Source: Octopus sinensis (lineage: Eukaryota). Taken from it: DNA of 64,000 nucleotides. Under the pieces are notes generated by a model that made no database searches, was not told the origin of the DNA, and was given only the letters and a program-made list of their open reading frames with translations. The stretch's first letter is position 1. Every line of letters starts with the position of its first letter. The stretch covers positions 55,936,464 through 56,000,463 of the forward strand of contig NC_043011.1 of assembly GCF_006345805.1 (NCBI RefSeq). Direction: 5' to 3'. Shown in pieces: positions 52,179 through 64,000 of the stretch. Made by a program: the position numbers and the translations under genes.

Positions 52179-52903
52179 TTTTCAGAATATTTACATGAGA
52201 TATAATAAAAAAATATATAGCAATTGCTGTATTATGGGCACATTGCTATTTGCATCAGTTTGTTTGGCTGATAAACAGCTTCCCTATTTTAAAGGTTACT
52301 GAAAGGTATCCAGCCGCAAATTGAAAGATGATGTAATGTACATCATCACCATTCTTTTGCGTCTGATTTTCCATGCTGGCATCAAGTTGGACAGGTTTCA
52401 CAACATCTTCCCTATTTCTAAGGTTTGTTCATCATCTGAAAAACCACCAATCGTTGTTGTTGTTGTTGTGACAAGCTTGCTGGATAGCCTTCTCCATTTA
52501 TTGCCAGCCACCTTACACTATGGCTGGCACATTTCATTTAATCTGCAAGGATTAAAGATTTTCCTTTATTCTGTATAAATCTTTAGTCTGTTACTGCTCA
52601 CCTTTATTCAAGGTTACTCAGTCCACATCTTGTCTTTAAACCTGTGAAATCTAATCCTAGCTTTCCTAAAACCAAAAAATAATGTAAAAGAAACTACAAA
52701 CAACTGTCTCTCATGTAATTAGCAAAACTGTTAATTTATGGTAATCAATCAATATATGGTTCAAGCCTCATTAGTATGCCTGTTTCATGTTTCTGTTTGC
52801 TTTGAATATATTTTTCTTACTAATTTAGGACTTGAATTTTTAACCAAACATTTTATTTTGTTCTTGGAAACAAATTTCTGGCAGGATAAATAAATTGCCT
52901 TAC

Positions 52904-53018
52904 TTTTTAATTTTTTTTCCTTTTGGAGTTTAAATAATTTATATGCATCTGTCTTTTGGTAAGCTTCCATATCTCGTAAATATCGTTCTTTGTCCTTCTC
53001 TGCATCGTCAAGGTATCG
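52904..53018 (-). CDS. HMG20A: HMG20-family protein, coding exon (C-terminal half of HMG box)
   Basis: RYLDDAEKDKERYLRDMEAYQKTDAYKLFKLQKEKKLK. Acceptor ttacag, donor A|gtaagg, 115 nt, phase 0-1. Confidence 0.95.
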
Positions 53019-53175
53019 CTGTAAAGAAAAGAAACCAATAAGCACAAGGAACTATGGAATTGGTATCGAGAGAAATATTCTGTTTTGGTACAATTTTCTT
53101 TCTTTACTGACACTGATAAAAGCATGCAAATGTGGTTAACAATAAAATGCAATAAAACAATATTAATATATATAT

Positions 53176-53385
53176 TTCTTTATTGCCCACAAGGGGCTAA
53201 ACATAGAGGGGACAAACAAGGACAGACAAACGGATTAAGTCAGTTACATCAACCCCAGTGCGTAACTGGTACTTTATTTATCGACCTCGAAAGGATGAAA
53301 GGTAAAGTCGACCTCGGCGGAATTTGAACTCAGAACGCAATGGCAGACGTAATACGAATATGCATTTCTGCCAGCTCGCCGCCTT
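53176..53385 (-). mobile_element. SINE family D
   Basis: Reverse-complement match to 49912-50142. Confidence 0.85.
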
Positions 53386-53718
53386 TTAATATTAATATAT
53401 ATGATGATAAAGAGGTAACAATAAACCAATTTGACAGTTTTCTATTCACTAAGCACAACATTTGCTTTAAAACAAACTGGAGCATGAACAACCCACATTA
53501 AGAAAAAGAAGAGATAAAGGAAAAAATTAGAAGCATAAAACTATTGGTGGTTGAGTGTTCCAAAGATGTTGGGTGAAAATGGATTTAATTCAATCAGTCG
53601 ACCATTACTGACATAGAACAAGATTCGTCATATTGTTAGTGATAAAAATAATACATTTAATTTCTAAATCTTTCGTTGGCATAACAGAATTGAATAATTA
53701 ATAATAAATAAAAAAAAC

Positions 53719-54347
53719 GGCTATCTATCTGCGGCTTTATATAGCTATGGTAAGACCTCACCTGGAATTTGCATCACCGGTCTGGAACCCCTATCTTGCC
53801 CAGGACATCAATCGTCTGGAAGCTGTTCAGCGACGTGCAACCAAAAGAATACCCTCCATCAGGCATTTGCTATATTCTGAACGCCTTACTTCCCTGGGCA
53901 TGGACACATTGAAACTCCGACGTCTGGCAGCTGACTTGGCAGACATTCATAAAATTATTAACCATCTTACAAACAATAACTCTGAGCACCTTTTCAAACT
54001 CCACCTGTCTAACACCCGTGGACATGTTTACAAAGTCAGAAAAGCCCCCATGACTTTCGGAAACATTTTTTCACGCTAAGAGTTGCTGAAGCATGGAACA
54101 AACTGCCAGCATCAGTTGTTAGTTGTCAGAGCACTGCATCCTTCAAGACTTCCATGCTTCCTGAGATTCGCCAACACTACACCTGATTTTCTCCCCTCCA
54201 TACACACACAAGCATGTATCTGACTCATACACTGTTCGCTTTCCAGACATTTCTACATTACTGCATATACTTTATACACACTTTTGGCAAGTTGTGGTGC
54301 ACCTGAGCACTGTATACAATAATTTCATTATTATTATTATTATTATT
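53719..54347 (+). mobile_element. 5'-truncated CR1-clade LINE, 3' end
   Basis: ORF VRPHLEFASPVWNP...LEAVQRRATK...YSERLTSLGMDTLKLRRL is the typical CR1 ORF2 C-terminus. It ends in an (ATT)n tail and is antisense within an HMG20 intron. Confidence 0.9.
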
Positions 54348-54363
54348 TAATTAAATGGATTAC

Positions 54364-54570
54364 CTGTTTTTCTCGTGGTGCCAGTTTAGACCATTCACCA
54401 CCAAGCTGTCTGGTTATTTCAGAAAACGAGAGATTTGGATTCTCCTGGCGCAACTTTTCTCGTCGCTCATTCAAAAAACGTACATAACCAGTTAAGGGCT
54501 GCTTTGGAGCATTTTTATCTTTCATTGTTGCTTTCCTTTTTTTACCTTTAGTCCAACCAGGTTTCTTCTT
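54364..54570 (-). CDS. HMG20A: HMG20-family protein, coding exon (N-terminal half of HMG box)
   Basis: Translates [13 protein letters not shown]...[49 protein letters not shown], matching the HMG20A/B HMG box. Acceptor tttcggcag, donor CAG|gtaat, 207 nt, phase 0-0. An invertebrate single-copy HMG20 cannot be assigned to A versus B. Confidence 0.95.
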
Positions 54571-56154
54571 CTGCCGAAATAAAAGCAAAATTAGCAAAGA
54601 ACAAACTAACATGCTTAACGTGAATAATTTAGGAGAATTAAGGTTATCAATAACGATAATAATAGGATATCTAGATACGAGAGTAGCAAGTTAGCAGAAA
54701 CAATGTACAGGACTGAATAGTTTATGCGATTTCGTTTCAACAGGTTGCTGGTGGTAAAGGATGTAGAGTTATGATGTTGCTTGGGCAAACACATGGTTCC
54801 AAGTTGAGTCCTTATTGTATTGCAACTTAGGGGTCTTGTGTTGGTTAACGGATGCCTCCTGAATGAAACTGAAAAGACTAAATGGAAACAACTCCATGGA
54901 AGCGCCATACGCACAGATACAGATGTGGTGGTATGCTTTTAATCCACAGGTATCAAAGGACTTCAAAATAGTAAATTATTTACCTCCAAATCAACATCAA
55001 CTTCTATGTTTTGCCATGAATGTACATGTGAGACAAGTCAATATACAGATATCGGGGTCGGAGTTTGAAATATCTCTTAGCATAAACACTGTTTTTGTTT
55101 TCCATTTTACATCCAATATTTATGCTGGTGTAACTGAATGATTCTGCATATATGTTGTTTATTGATGTTCTTTGCATAAGGACAGGGATTAGATGAGCCT
55201 TTCCATTTACTAAGCGTTCTATCACAAAATGGAATTATATGTATTTTGTACTGAGATAGGTTCGGGTTCAACCACACACAATTTAATGCTTCACTTGAAT
55301 AGACTATATCAGCAGTAACAGAGTGCTAAACCTTAACAGCTAACTCAAAGCTATATCTATAAAGGGTATTCGGGTATTCAACAAAGTTTATTTTCTGTAA
55401 TGTTTTGTTCAACATATTCTTATCTATTTTTGTGTGTGTTGTTCTTAAAAACGTCGATATAGATATAAATCCAGTTTATAAGCAACCAATAAACTAAGTG
55501 TTCTACAGAAACATTGACTGTCAAACCGTAAATTATAGCACTGAGTTTTTATGTAAGAATCTAATCTATAGCATTATTAAAAAATTCTTACGTCATGAGA
55601 ATCCTGCATGTCAGGTCCCAGTTGGCTCTCATCTTTCTGAAGCATGGCTATAAAATAGCAAATACAATATTTTAAATCAGTAACACCATATACTTATTAG
55701 AAGAGCACAGACTATATTTGAAACTATATTTAAAAGTGAAATGCTTTACAACTCTGCAGTTTATCTAATACATATATACACATAAATTAATATACATTTA
55801 TATTATTCTGAATCATTAAATTATGGAAAGAAGTTTTTAAAACAGGATACTTAAAACTATCGTAATTCTTCTGAATGCTCTGGATGCTAAATCTACAGAT
55901 CAAGTGTTCAAACCACATTGGTGAGACCATTTTCTAGTGGTACTCTCTGATTTGGTTAGAACATAATTGGGTTTTCAATGGCACTAGCTGTGAGCATTTG
56001 TTATATCTTCATAGCAGTCAGTTGAAATTCCAATAGGGTCAACTTGCTTTCTGTTCTTTAAGGGAAAAATTTAGGGACATGACTAGCAGCTACTCTTACT
56101 AAAAAATACTAGCTAGAAGAAAAAAAAAGTTTTAGAGTTACACAGCTCTCTCTC

Positions 56155-56195
<41 letters not shown>

Positions 56196-56883
56196 TATCC
56201 ATCAATGGATGGATTTTTTCTCTTATGAGGTTTTTCACGCTAACTACTTGATAAATTCTTATAAAGATTTTATCCGATGTTTAAATATATATATGAATTC
56301 AATCTTAATTTTCAAACAAAACAAAAAGGTTAAAATAAATTATAGTTACTAAAATGTGATATCAAAACTTTAGAGCTTCACTGAATAAAAAGCAATTTTG
56401 CATCTTTTCTCTAATTCACAATTAGACTGATTATTCAAATTATTTTAAAATTTTATGCATGAAATAACAATTTTTTGGTACAATAATTCATCTACAATAC
56501 CAGCAAAATTATTAGTTAGTATTAGCAACAAAGACAGTAGAGATGAGCAATATTTTATTTTTTAATATTTAACAGTCAGTAATGTGATGAGAGAACACAT
56601 TAACTTACATGAACACTAATACACTCAATACTCAAATAGCCATATTTCTTAAAATAATCAAGAATTTGGAGGGCTGCTTTATATTTATTTAGAGGTATAT
56701 TAAATTGATGTATTGGGAAAAACTGAAAGAAGTATAATATAAAAAAAATTAGATTATCATTCACATAAAGCAATTTCAGTTGAGATTCGAATTTAAAACT
56801 GAACACTTTTGCATTATGAGATTAATGGGTGATCTTGAGTAGATTATATGAAAAGGGCTGATATACCATCTAAGATGAAAACA

Positions 56884-58560
56884 TCATCATCATCATCATC
56901 GTTTAACGTCCGTTTTCTGCGCTAGCACGGGTTGGATGGTTCGACCGGGGTCTGGGAAGCCAGGGGCTGCACCAGGCTCCAGTCTGATCTGGCAGTGTTT
57001 CTACAGCTGCCTCAGTGAAAATGTTGACTAATCATTGGTTATCTTCTTTAAGCCTGCTACGTGTATTCCCAGCTTTAGATTAGGTACACTGTGTCCTTAC
57101 GTATTGTAAGGAGTAACTAAAGGATCGCTGAAAAATGTTGCCTTAGTAAGAATCTGTCCAATCCATGCCAACACAGAAAATCAGATGTAAAATGATGCTA
57201 GACAATATAAGACCTCCCTCATACAGAAGTATAGCTACCATTCAAGCCACATCCTATGGCCACCATCCAGCTGGCAACAGAGCTGTTTGAGTAGTCTCTT
57301 ATTAATTCTGTAGACATAAGACAGCAATCTAAATTACTGATTTATATTCTTAACAGACTACAAGTGTTTGCTTAAAGCTATTAGCTGATATAACCTCACA
57401 ACACACATGAAAAGTAAGTTATCAATTTGGCTTACTCTTTTCCAACATTATGACTGCTGCAAGTCCTTTTCTAACTAATGATAAGTAGGAGCTGAACAAA
57501 ATCAATGTTGTAGTCAGTTTTTAAGATGTTCTTACATTATTGATCTTGCTATCAATGAAAACTTGAAAATAATTTTCATGGGACAAGTTGAATAATAACA
57601 ATGCTTCTAAGAGTATCATCATCATTTAATGCCCGCTTTCCATGCTAGCATGGGTTGGATGGTTCGACTGGGGTCAGGGAAGCCAGGAGGCTGCACCAAG
57701 CTCCAGTCTGATCTGGCAGTGTTTCTACAGCTGGATGCCTTTCCTAACGCCAACCACTCTGTGAGTGTAGTGGGTGCTTTTTACTTGCCAGACGAGGCTG
57801 GCAATGGCCACGATTGGTTGGTGCTTTTTACGTGCCACTGGCACGGAGGCCAGTCGAGGCGGCGCTGGCAACGGCCACGTTCGGATGGTTCTTTTACGTA
57901 TCACCGGCACTGGTATCACCAGAACTTTAATTGGAATTAGGTTAACTTCAAAATATTAGATAACATATAACAAAACCTAAACCAATTTGGAAGAACAGAA
58001 TTACTGTCAGCATGAAAATGATACAGGAAATAAAAACATTGCAACCTTTATCACAGTAATTGCTTCAACACCACGTTTCTAGTGAAAACCCTACCAGCAA
58101 TGAGTTTGCCTTGTTTCGGATGGTCCGTTTCAGTATTTATTAATTCTTCCATTCTTCTCGATGTTTTCTCCTTTGTGCTGCTTCCTCTCCCATTTCATCT
58201 TGTCACCTTCGCGATGCTCTCATTCTTAGATATTCTCTCCTCACTGCTGCTTGCTCTCCTGTTTCATCTTGGCGCTTTTGTGCTGCTCGCTCTCTCTCTC
58301 TCATCATCATCGTCGTCGTTTAACATCTGCTTTCCATGCTAGCATGGGTTGGACGACTTGACTGTGGGCTGGCGAACCAGATGGCTGCACCAGGCTCCAG
58401 CCTGATCTGGCAGAGTTTCTACAGTTGGATGCCCTTCCTAACGCCGGGTACTTTTACATGCCACCAGCACGGGGCCAGTCAGGTGGCACTGGCAACAGCC
58501 TCGCTTGAATCTTTTACACATGCCACCGGCTTGGTGCTCCTTTTAATTTTGACATCTTCG
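56884..58560 (-). mobile_element. Three minus-orientation family B SINEs (56884-57008, 57616-57920, 58301-58560)
   Basis: Each starts with (CAT)n, then TTTAAxxxCxGCTTTCCATGCTAGCAxGGGTTGGA. Confidence 0.8.
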
Positions 58561-59272
58561 ATCCTGTCTTCTTGCATCTTGCACTCACCTCTCTTGTCTC
58601 ATTCTTGTGATTGATTTAATAACCTTAATGTATTATTTAATCTTCTTGTGTCCAGTTTTCCTTGAGTGAGACTGGCTGTTCTTCGCCATTGTCTCTCACT
58701 GGATAACCGTCGTCTTCCGTCTGATTCATTCTCTATAGCAGGTGGATGAGTATATTTAATACAACGGAACACAAAATCCAAAACAAATGAGAATATTTGT
58801 GTGTGTGTGTATGTTTGTTTATATTTCTATACGTAACCATACAAAGTCCATAATTTCACAAGATTACATTAACGGCATACAGACACACACAGAGACTTAT
58901 TTTTTTACCCAGCAACGTCTACACGTTCTCTATCTCTGTCTGTTTGTCTCGCTCTCTTTACCGCCTGAAATGGAAAAAGATCTTGAAGACAAACTTCATC
59001 ACCTTGGCAAAATTCTTCATTCATAAATATTTACAAACATCACTGTATCGGCAAGTATTTGTAAATATTTATAATTACCTTCCTTTTATATTTAGCTTTC
59101 TTTCAATAGACAATACTTTAATTCTATGACTTAAAACTTATTACTTATCTTATATTCTATTAACTTTGCAACTTTTTAAGCAGAAAATCTTCCCGAACAA
59201 TTAAACATCCAGAGAGATACAGAAAAAATAATTTTGAGGTGCAAAAATCTTATTTACTTATATATTGTTTTG

Positions 59273-59595
59273 GCACTTACCATGCCGGTGACACGTAAAA
59301 AGCACCGTCCAAACGTGGCAGATGCCAGCACCGCCTGACTGGTGTCCGTGTCGGTGACACGTAAAAGCACCAACTGATCATGGTCATTTGCCAGCCTGCT
59401 TTGGCCCCTGTGCCGGTGGCACGTAAAAAACACCCACTACACTCACGGAGTGGTTGGCGTTAGGAAGGGCATCCAGCCATAGAAACACTGCCAAATCAGA
59501 CTAGAGCCTGGTGCAGCCTCCATGGCTTCCAGACCCCGGTGGAACCATTCCACCCATGCTAGCGTGGAAAACGGATGTTAAATGAAGATGATGAT
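59273..59595 (+). mobile_element. Family B SINE
   Basis: Core and GATGATGAT tail. Confidence 0.85.
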
Positions 59596-60053
59596 TGTTA
59601 TTAATGTTTACCAGAAAAAAAATCAGCATTTATAAAAATGAAAATGTTGAGAGAGAGAGAGAGTGAAAAAGAAAGTTTGTGAGAAAGAGAAAGAGAGAGA
59701 GAGTGTGTGTGTGTGTGCGTGTCTGTAGATAGATAGGGAGAGAGAGAGGCAGTGTTCATCAATAAAATGAAAAGGTTTTTGTTGAGAGAGAGATCGAGAG
59801 GCACTGTTTGATATCACCCCCACCCCCACCCCCCGGCCATCTCATTGTTATTACCATTTTGTCTCTTTTCTTTTTTTTACTCTTACTTACACTGCTACTT
59901 CCTTATTGCATGACTTTGGACAAACTCACAAACAAGCTCATTAATATGATAGATTATTTTTTAAAAAAAATATATTTGTTCAGTTCACTTTCTTGACTGC
60001 TGCCTTCCAATAAATAAACGGACAGGTATCATACGGAACAGAATTGCATTTAC

Positions 60054-60109
60054 CTTGAGTTGTCAATTCCTGTCTACTTTCAGAATTGAATCCAGGTTCT
60101 GAATTATGT
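60054..60109 (-). other. Candidate upstream exon of HMG20 (5' UTR or N-terminal coding)
   Basis: Strong acceptor tctttattctcttgtttccag and donor AAG|gtaaat bound 56 nt, open in one frame (HNSEPGFNSESRQELTTQ). No homology evidence. Confidence 0.4.
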
Positions 60110-61169
60110 CTGGAAACAAGAGAATAAAGAAAAATTTATAATTTTTTTTTTTTAAAGAAAGCAATAATATTTTGACTTTGAAATAGAAACATTGGAAAAA
60201 AAAAAAGGCCACATGATACTCTAAATTAATTCATTGGTCCAACTCATCAAATTATATTTAAAAAAGCCCAGACGTCATCATGGTCATTTAGTGAAGCTCA
60301 AGCATTAAATTTCATCTCATGAGCTGAAACCTAAACATCATGGACAATAAGTTTATTCAACTCAATATAATTTCATTTATGATCCTATAAGGAAAGCTGC
60401 ATAGTGAAAAGGGTTACATAGAACATGGTTTGTTGGGTATATTAATTGGGCAACTTGGAATCAAAAACAGGGATCAATGTGTAGAGAGGAGACAGTCATA
60501 CAGAGTCAAACTAAGGTAAATGAACGCAGAGTCCATAGCAAAAGCTTTATAAACAATGTTAACAACATGACTCACGAAGAATAAATCAGGGGAGCATTTT
60601 GCACACTAAATTCAAATATGATGGGACCTCTCACATGTCTTGAAAAAGCTGTGATTTATTGAGATTACCCATGCTATTAATAGACAAACAGCATTTAAAA
60701 ACTAAAATAAAGGAAATAACTTAAATACAAGTAGTTGAAATTTTATTGAAGTCTTCTCGTTTTTAAAAACACTTGCAATTCAAATTATATATCTAAGACC
60801 CAGCCATGTTATAAAGTATTTATACACGGCATCACATTGTGTGTAAACTGTCTCCAGCTGAGTCTAGAATTCTTGAAGTTAATGTAAATTATTCAAAATT
60901 CCTTCAAAGCTTTTACAAGATAAATCTGTAAAATGGAGAAAAATCTGAAGCTTATTTAGCCTTTTAGTGAAAAACTGATTCCTAAAAATGTTCAGATGAA
61001 ATCATAAACTACAGCTTTGGTGAAAATAGTTCAACCTTACAAGATACTAACTGATACTAAACTGAATTTCATTTACTCAACTCAAGCAAATAAGTTTTTA
61101 AAAAGCCCCAAACACTAATACAGTGTCAGTTGTAGGGTCTGAAACTATATTCCTTAACCATTCCCCTGC

Positions 61170-61202
<33 letters not shown>

Positions 61203-61484
61203 CTAATTTCAAGTTATGAATAAAAACCACTTTCGCATAAATTCCTGTTTCAGCATTTAGATTTTTACCAGTCTCAATTCACTTTAAAATTTCCTACAAA
61301 GATGAGAGTTTGTGCTGAAGGAAATCCACAAAATATTCACATTTTATAGTAAAAAAAAAAAATTAAAATAAGGGTTACAAAGACAAAAATAAAAATAACT
61401 CAATGAAAACAGGCAAAACTGAAACAACAAAATGTTGAATAGGGAGCACATGTATGAAATGAGAGTAGTGACATCTAATCACTA

Positions 61485-61710
61485 TTAACCCTTTGGCATT
61501 TAAACTGGCCCACATCAGGCCCAAATATTCTGTTTTGTGTTCAAATTAGCTAGATTTAACCTCTTACACCTACCCTACAATGATATCATCAAAATAAACA
61601 ATTACATCATTGAAATCTGAAAGTTGTGAGATAATGCATGATTAACTCAAAACAATGTCAATAAATAAGTATAACATTTCACAGAGTTTTCTGAATGCTT
61701 AAAGGGTTAA
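61485..61710. mobile_element. piggyBac-like MITE, family 1
   Basis: Ends TTAA-CCCTTTGGCATT ... AATGCTTAAAGGG-TTAA. Related copies at 62695-62908 and 45503-45735. Confidence 0.75.
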
Positions 61711-61918
61711 GGTCACAACTCCACAGAGTTTTATTTTTCCTGTTCTGAACTGCAGACAAGAATAACTCAGTACTTTACTCAGATCAGAGAGGTCAGCAGT
61801 ACTAATGAAAGACTCTTCTGACTAGAAGCCAACTCATTCTAGGCACTTAGCTACTATTGTAACTTATAAGGAGTAAATATTGCCAGAAACTGTCTCTCTG
61901 TGTTTCAGCTGGATTATA

Positions 61919-62147
61919 TTAACCCTTTCTTTACCAACCCGGCTGAAACTGGCTCTGGCTCTTTAGTACAAATGTCTGGTTTTCAAAAGTTCTGAATTAA
62001 AATCTTCTACCAAACCTTAGTCACAATTTATGTTCCTATAACTAGCTTAATTATAACGATGTTATTTTACTAAATTCGTTGTTATAATTAAAATAATTGG
62101 AAGAAACACAGAACATCTGAAAATAAATACAGTAACAAAAGGGTTAA
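61919..62147. mobile_element. piggyBac-like MITE, family 2
   Basis: TTAA-CCCTTTCTTAC ... GTAACAAAAGGG-TTAA, with close similarity to 42292-42518. Confidence 0.75.
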
Positions 62148-62694
62148 ATATTCTCAATATTATGATTTTAAAAGCTTGTAATTACAGATTACTACAGCAA
62201 TTACAATTCTATTTAATAATAACTTATACTGCTTATATCAGAAAGGATATTTTACAAGTCACCTACAAATTAAATTACAAAAGTTAATTAGAAAGTAGTT
62301 ATTTTGAATTTATATTACTTCCGTACACAATTATGAAGCAATCATTAATTAACATTATTATTTAAAGTTTGTTTTACCATTATATATAAATGGTTTGATT
62401 TGTTTTGTTAAAGACAACTTATTATCATAGCAACTATAATCTCTACTTAACGTAATTCATGTAATGATAGAATATGGTCATATCTGGCATCACCCCAACT
62501 ATTTACATATATGTGTGTAGAGTCCTTAAGTAAACGAAGTGAGAGGGGAGGCTTGTACAAATGGTTGTCTTTTAGTCCAAGGTCATCTGATGGGGCAGCT
62601 CTATGATCAAGGGTTTTCCAACCATGACCATCTAGTATTTTTGTGTCCAGGAATACTGCATATTCAGGATTATTGGATACATCCTTTATCCTTT

Positions 62695-62908
62695 TCATCC
62701 CTTTGGCATTCAGACTGGCCATATCCAGCCCAATTTTATGTTCAAGCTGGCCATATCCAGCCTCTCACACTTATGCTACAATGTCATTCTAAAAATAAGC
62801 ATTCACATTATTGAAATCTCAAAGATATGAGATAATGCACGATTAACTCAAAAGACTGAACAAATAAGCATCGCATTTGACGGAATAATCTGAATGCTAA
62901 AGGGTTAA
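62695..62908. mobile_element. piggyBac-like MITE, family 1
   Basis: CCCTTTGGCATTCAGA ... TCTGAATGCTAAAGGG-TTAA, with an internal sequence similar to 61485-61710. Confidence 0.7.
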
Positions 62909-63479
62909 GATAGTAAGGTGTTATTTGTGGGAAATTTGACTGCTATTTCTAGCTGATTGAGTGCTCATATAGGGGTTGAGAGAAGACGAAAGAAAGAGAC
63001 AATATATAAAGAATATTGTCAACTGCCTTGATGGGTTTCGGTCAAAGAAATTGATCCCAGTGCTTATTTTTTAAAGCCTAGTACTTATTCTCTCAATCCC
63101 TTTTGTCCAACTGCTAAGTTACAGGGATGCAAACAAAAAACAACTGTGAATGTCAAGTGGTAAGGAGGTGCAGATGACAAATACAAACACACAACAGTTT
63201 CTGTCTACCAAATTTGTCATTTTAGGGTTATAGTAGAAGGCACTTGCCAAAGGTGCTGTGCTGTAGGAGACCCCCTTTGGTCATGAATGACCATGGGATT
63301 ACACCTAGAAAGTTACCCTCCCAGGCACAAGTCTGGGCAAGGTTGTTTGTGGAAGGCCAGCAGTCGCCCATGCATACCAGCCTCCCCTCTGCACACCATT
63401 GATGTTATCCAAGGGAAAGGCAAAAGCCGATATCAGGTTTTGCCAAAAGCTTGGTGGCACTCAAGCTCAAACCATCCAG

Positions 63480-64000
63480 AAGATTCAGCAGGCTTTTGGC
63501 AATGAAGATGCCATGGGCAAAACTCAGATCAAGAAGTGGTACAACCGCTTCAAACAAGGCTGCACCTCAGAGTGAGGCATGTTCAGGATGGCCCGAAATG
63601 AGGAGCTGAATGAGAAGGTTCAGCAAATTGTCATGGAAGACCATTGTGGAAAAATCTAGGAAATTGCTTATGAAGTGGGAATAAGCACAGGATCAGTGTA
63701 TTCCATTTTAACAGAGGACCTGTGCAAGTAGAGAGAGGGTCAGCAAAAAAATTAAGTCAGATACTTTTTGAATAAACTTTGTAATTCAAGATTTCCTGGT
63801 CAAGAACAACACACCACTTGTTTGACAGACTTTCTACTCTCCTGACTTGATACTGCATGACTTCTGGCTCTTTACCAAACTGAAAACTATACTGAAAGGG
63901 GAAGTGATTTGAGTCACGAGAGGAAATTATGAGAAAAGTGGCAGTGAAGCTCCATTGCTTTGCAAAAGTGTTACCAGCAGAGTGACAGAACTGCTGGGAG
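63480..64000 (+). mobile_element. Degenerate mariner transposase remnant (runs off window)
   Basis: Broken frames read KTQIKKWYNRFKQG, IAYEVGISTGSVYSILTEDL and DFWLFTKLKTILKG, i.e. mariner HTH and C-terminal motifs, with stops and frameshifts. Confidence 0.8.

Noticed and set aside
62447-62722. 91-aa ORF MASLNAKGMK...
   Set aside because: It starts inside a MITE and includes sequence similar to the dispersed repeat at 6980-7005 and 8470-8498. No domain was recognised.

Overview
This is AT-rich, repeat-dense eukaryotic DNA. The microsatellite load, the tRNA-derived SINE families and the long introns resemble a coleoid cephalopod (Octopus-like) genome; that taxon is inferred and not verified. 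The only well-supported host gene is a minus-strand HMG20A/B-family gene (HMG box plus C-terminal coiled coil). Six coding exons lie at 54570-47812 with canonical GT-AG sites and fully consistent phases. A probable terminal exon starts at 37063, and the N-terminal exons were not confidently located. The rest is mostly SINEs of four families, remnants of CR1, R4/Dong-like and other non-LTR elements, two mariner relics, a non-autonomous Helitron, several MITEs and long simple repeats. Nearly all ORFs in the supplied track are artefacts of microsatellites or SINEs. The most notable observation is a ~325-bp foldback element present twice (15832-16159 and 44679-45003, the latter with a 12-14-bp TSD). 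Each arm carries a minimal type-I hammerhead-ribozyme-like layout in which the C3:G8 tertiary pair is swapped to G3:C8, consistent with a Penelope-derived or retrozyme-like element. No CRISPR array, rRNA or genuine tRNA gene was found.
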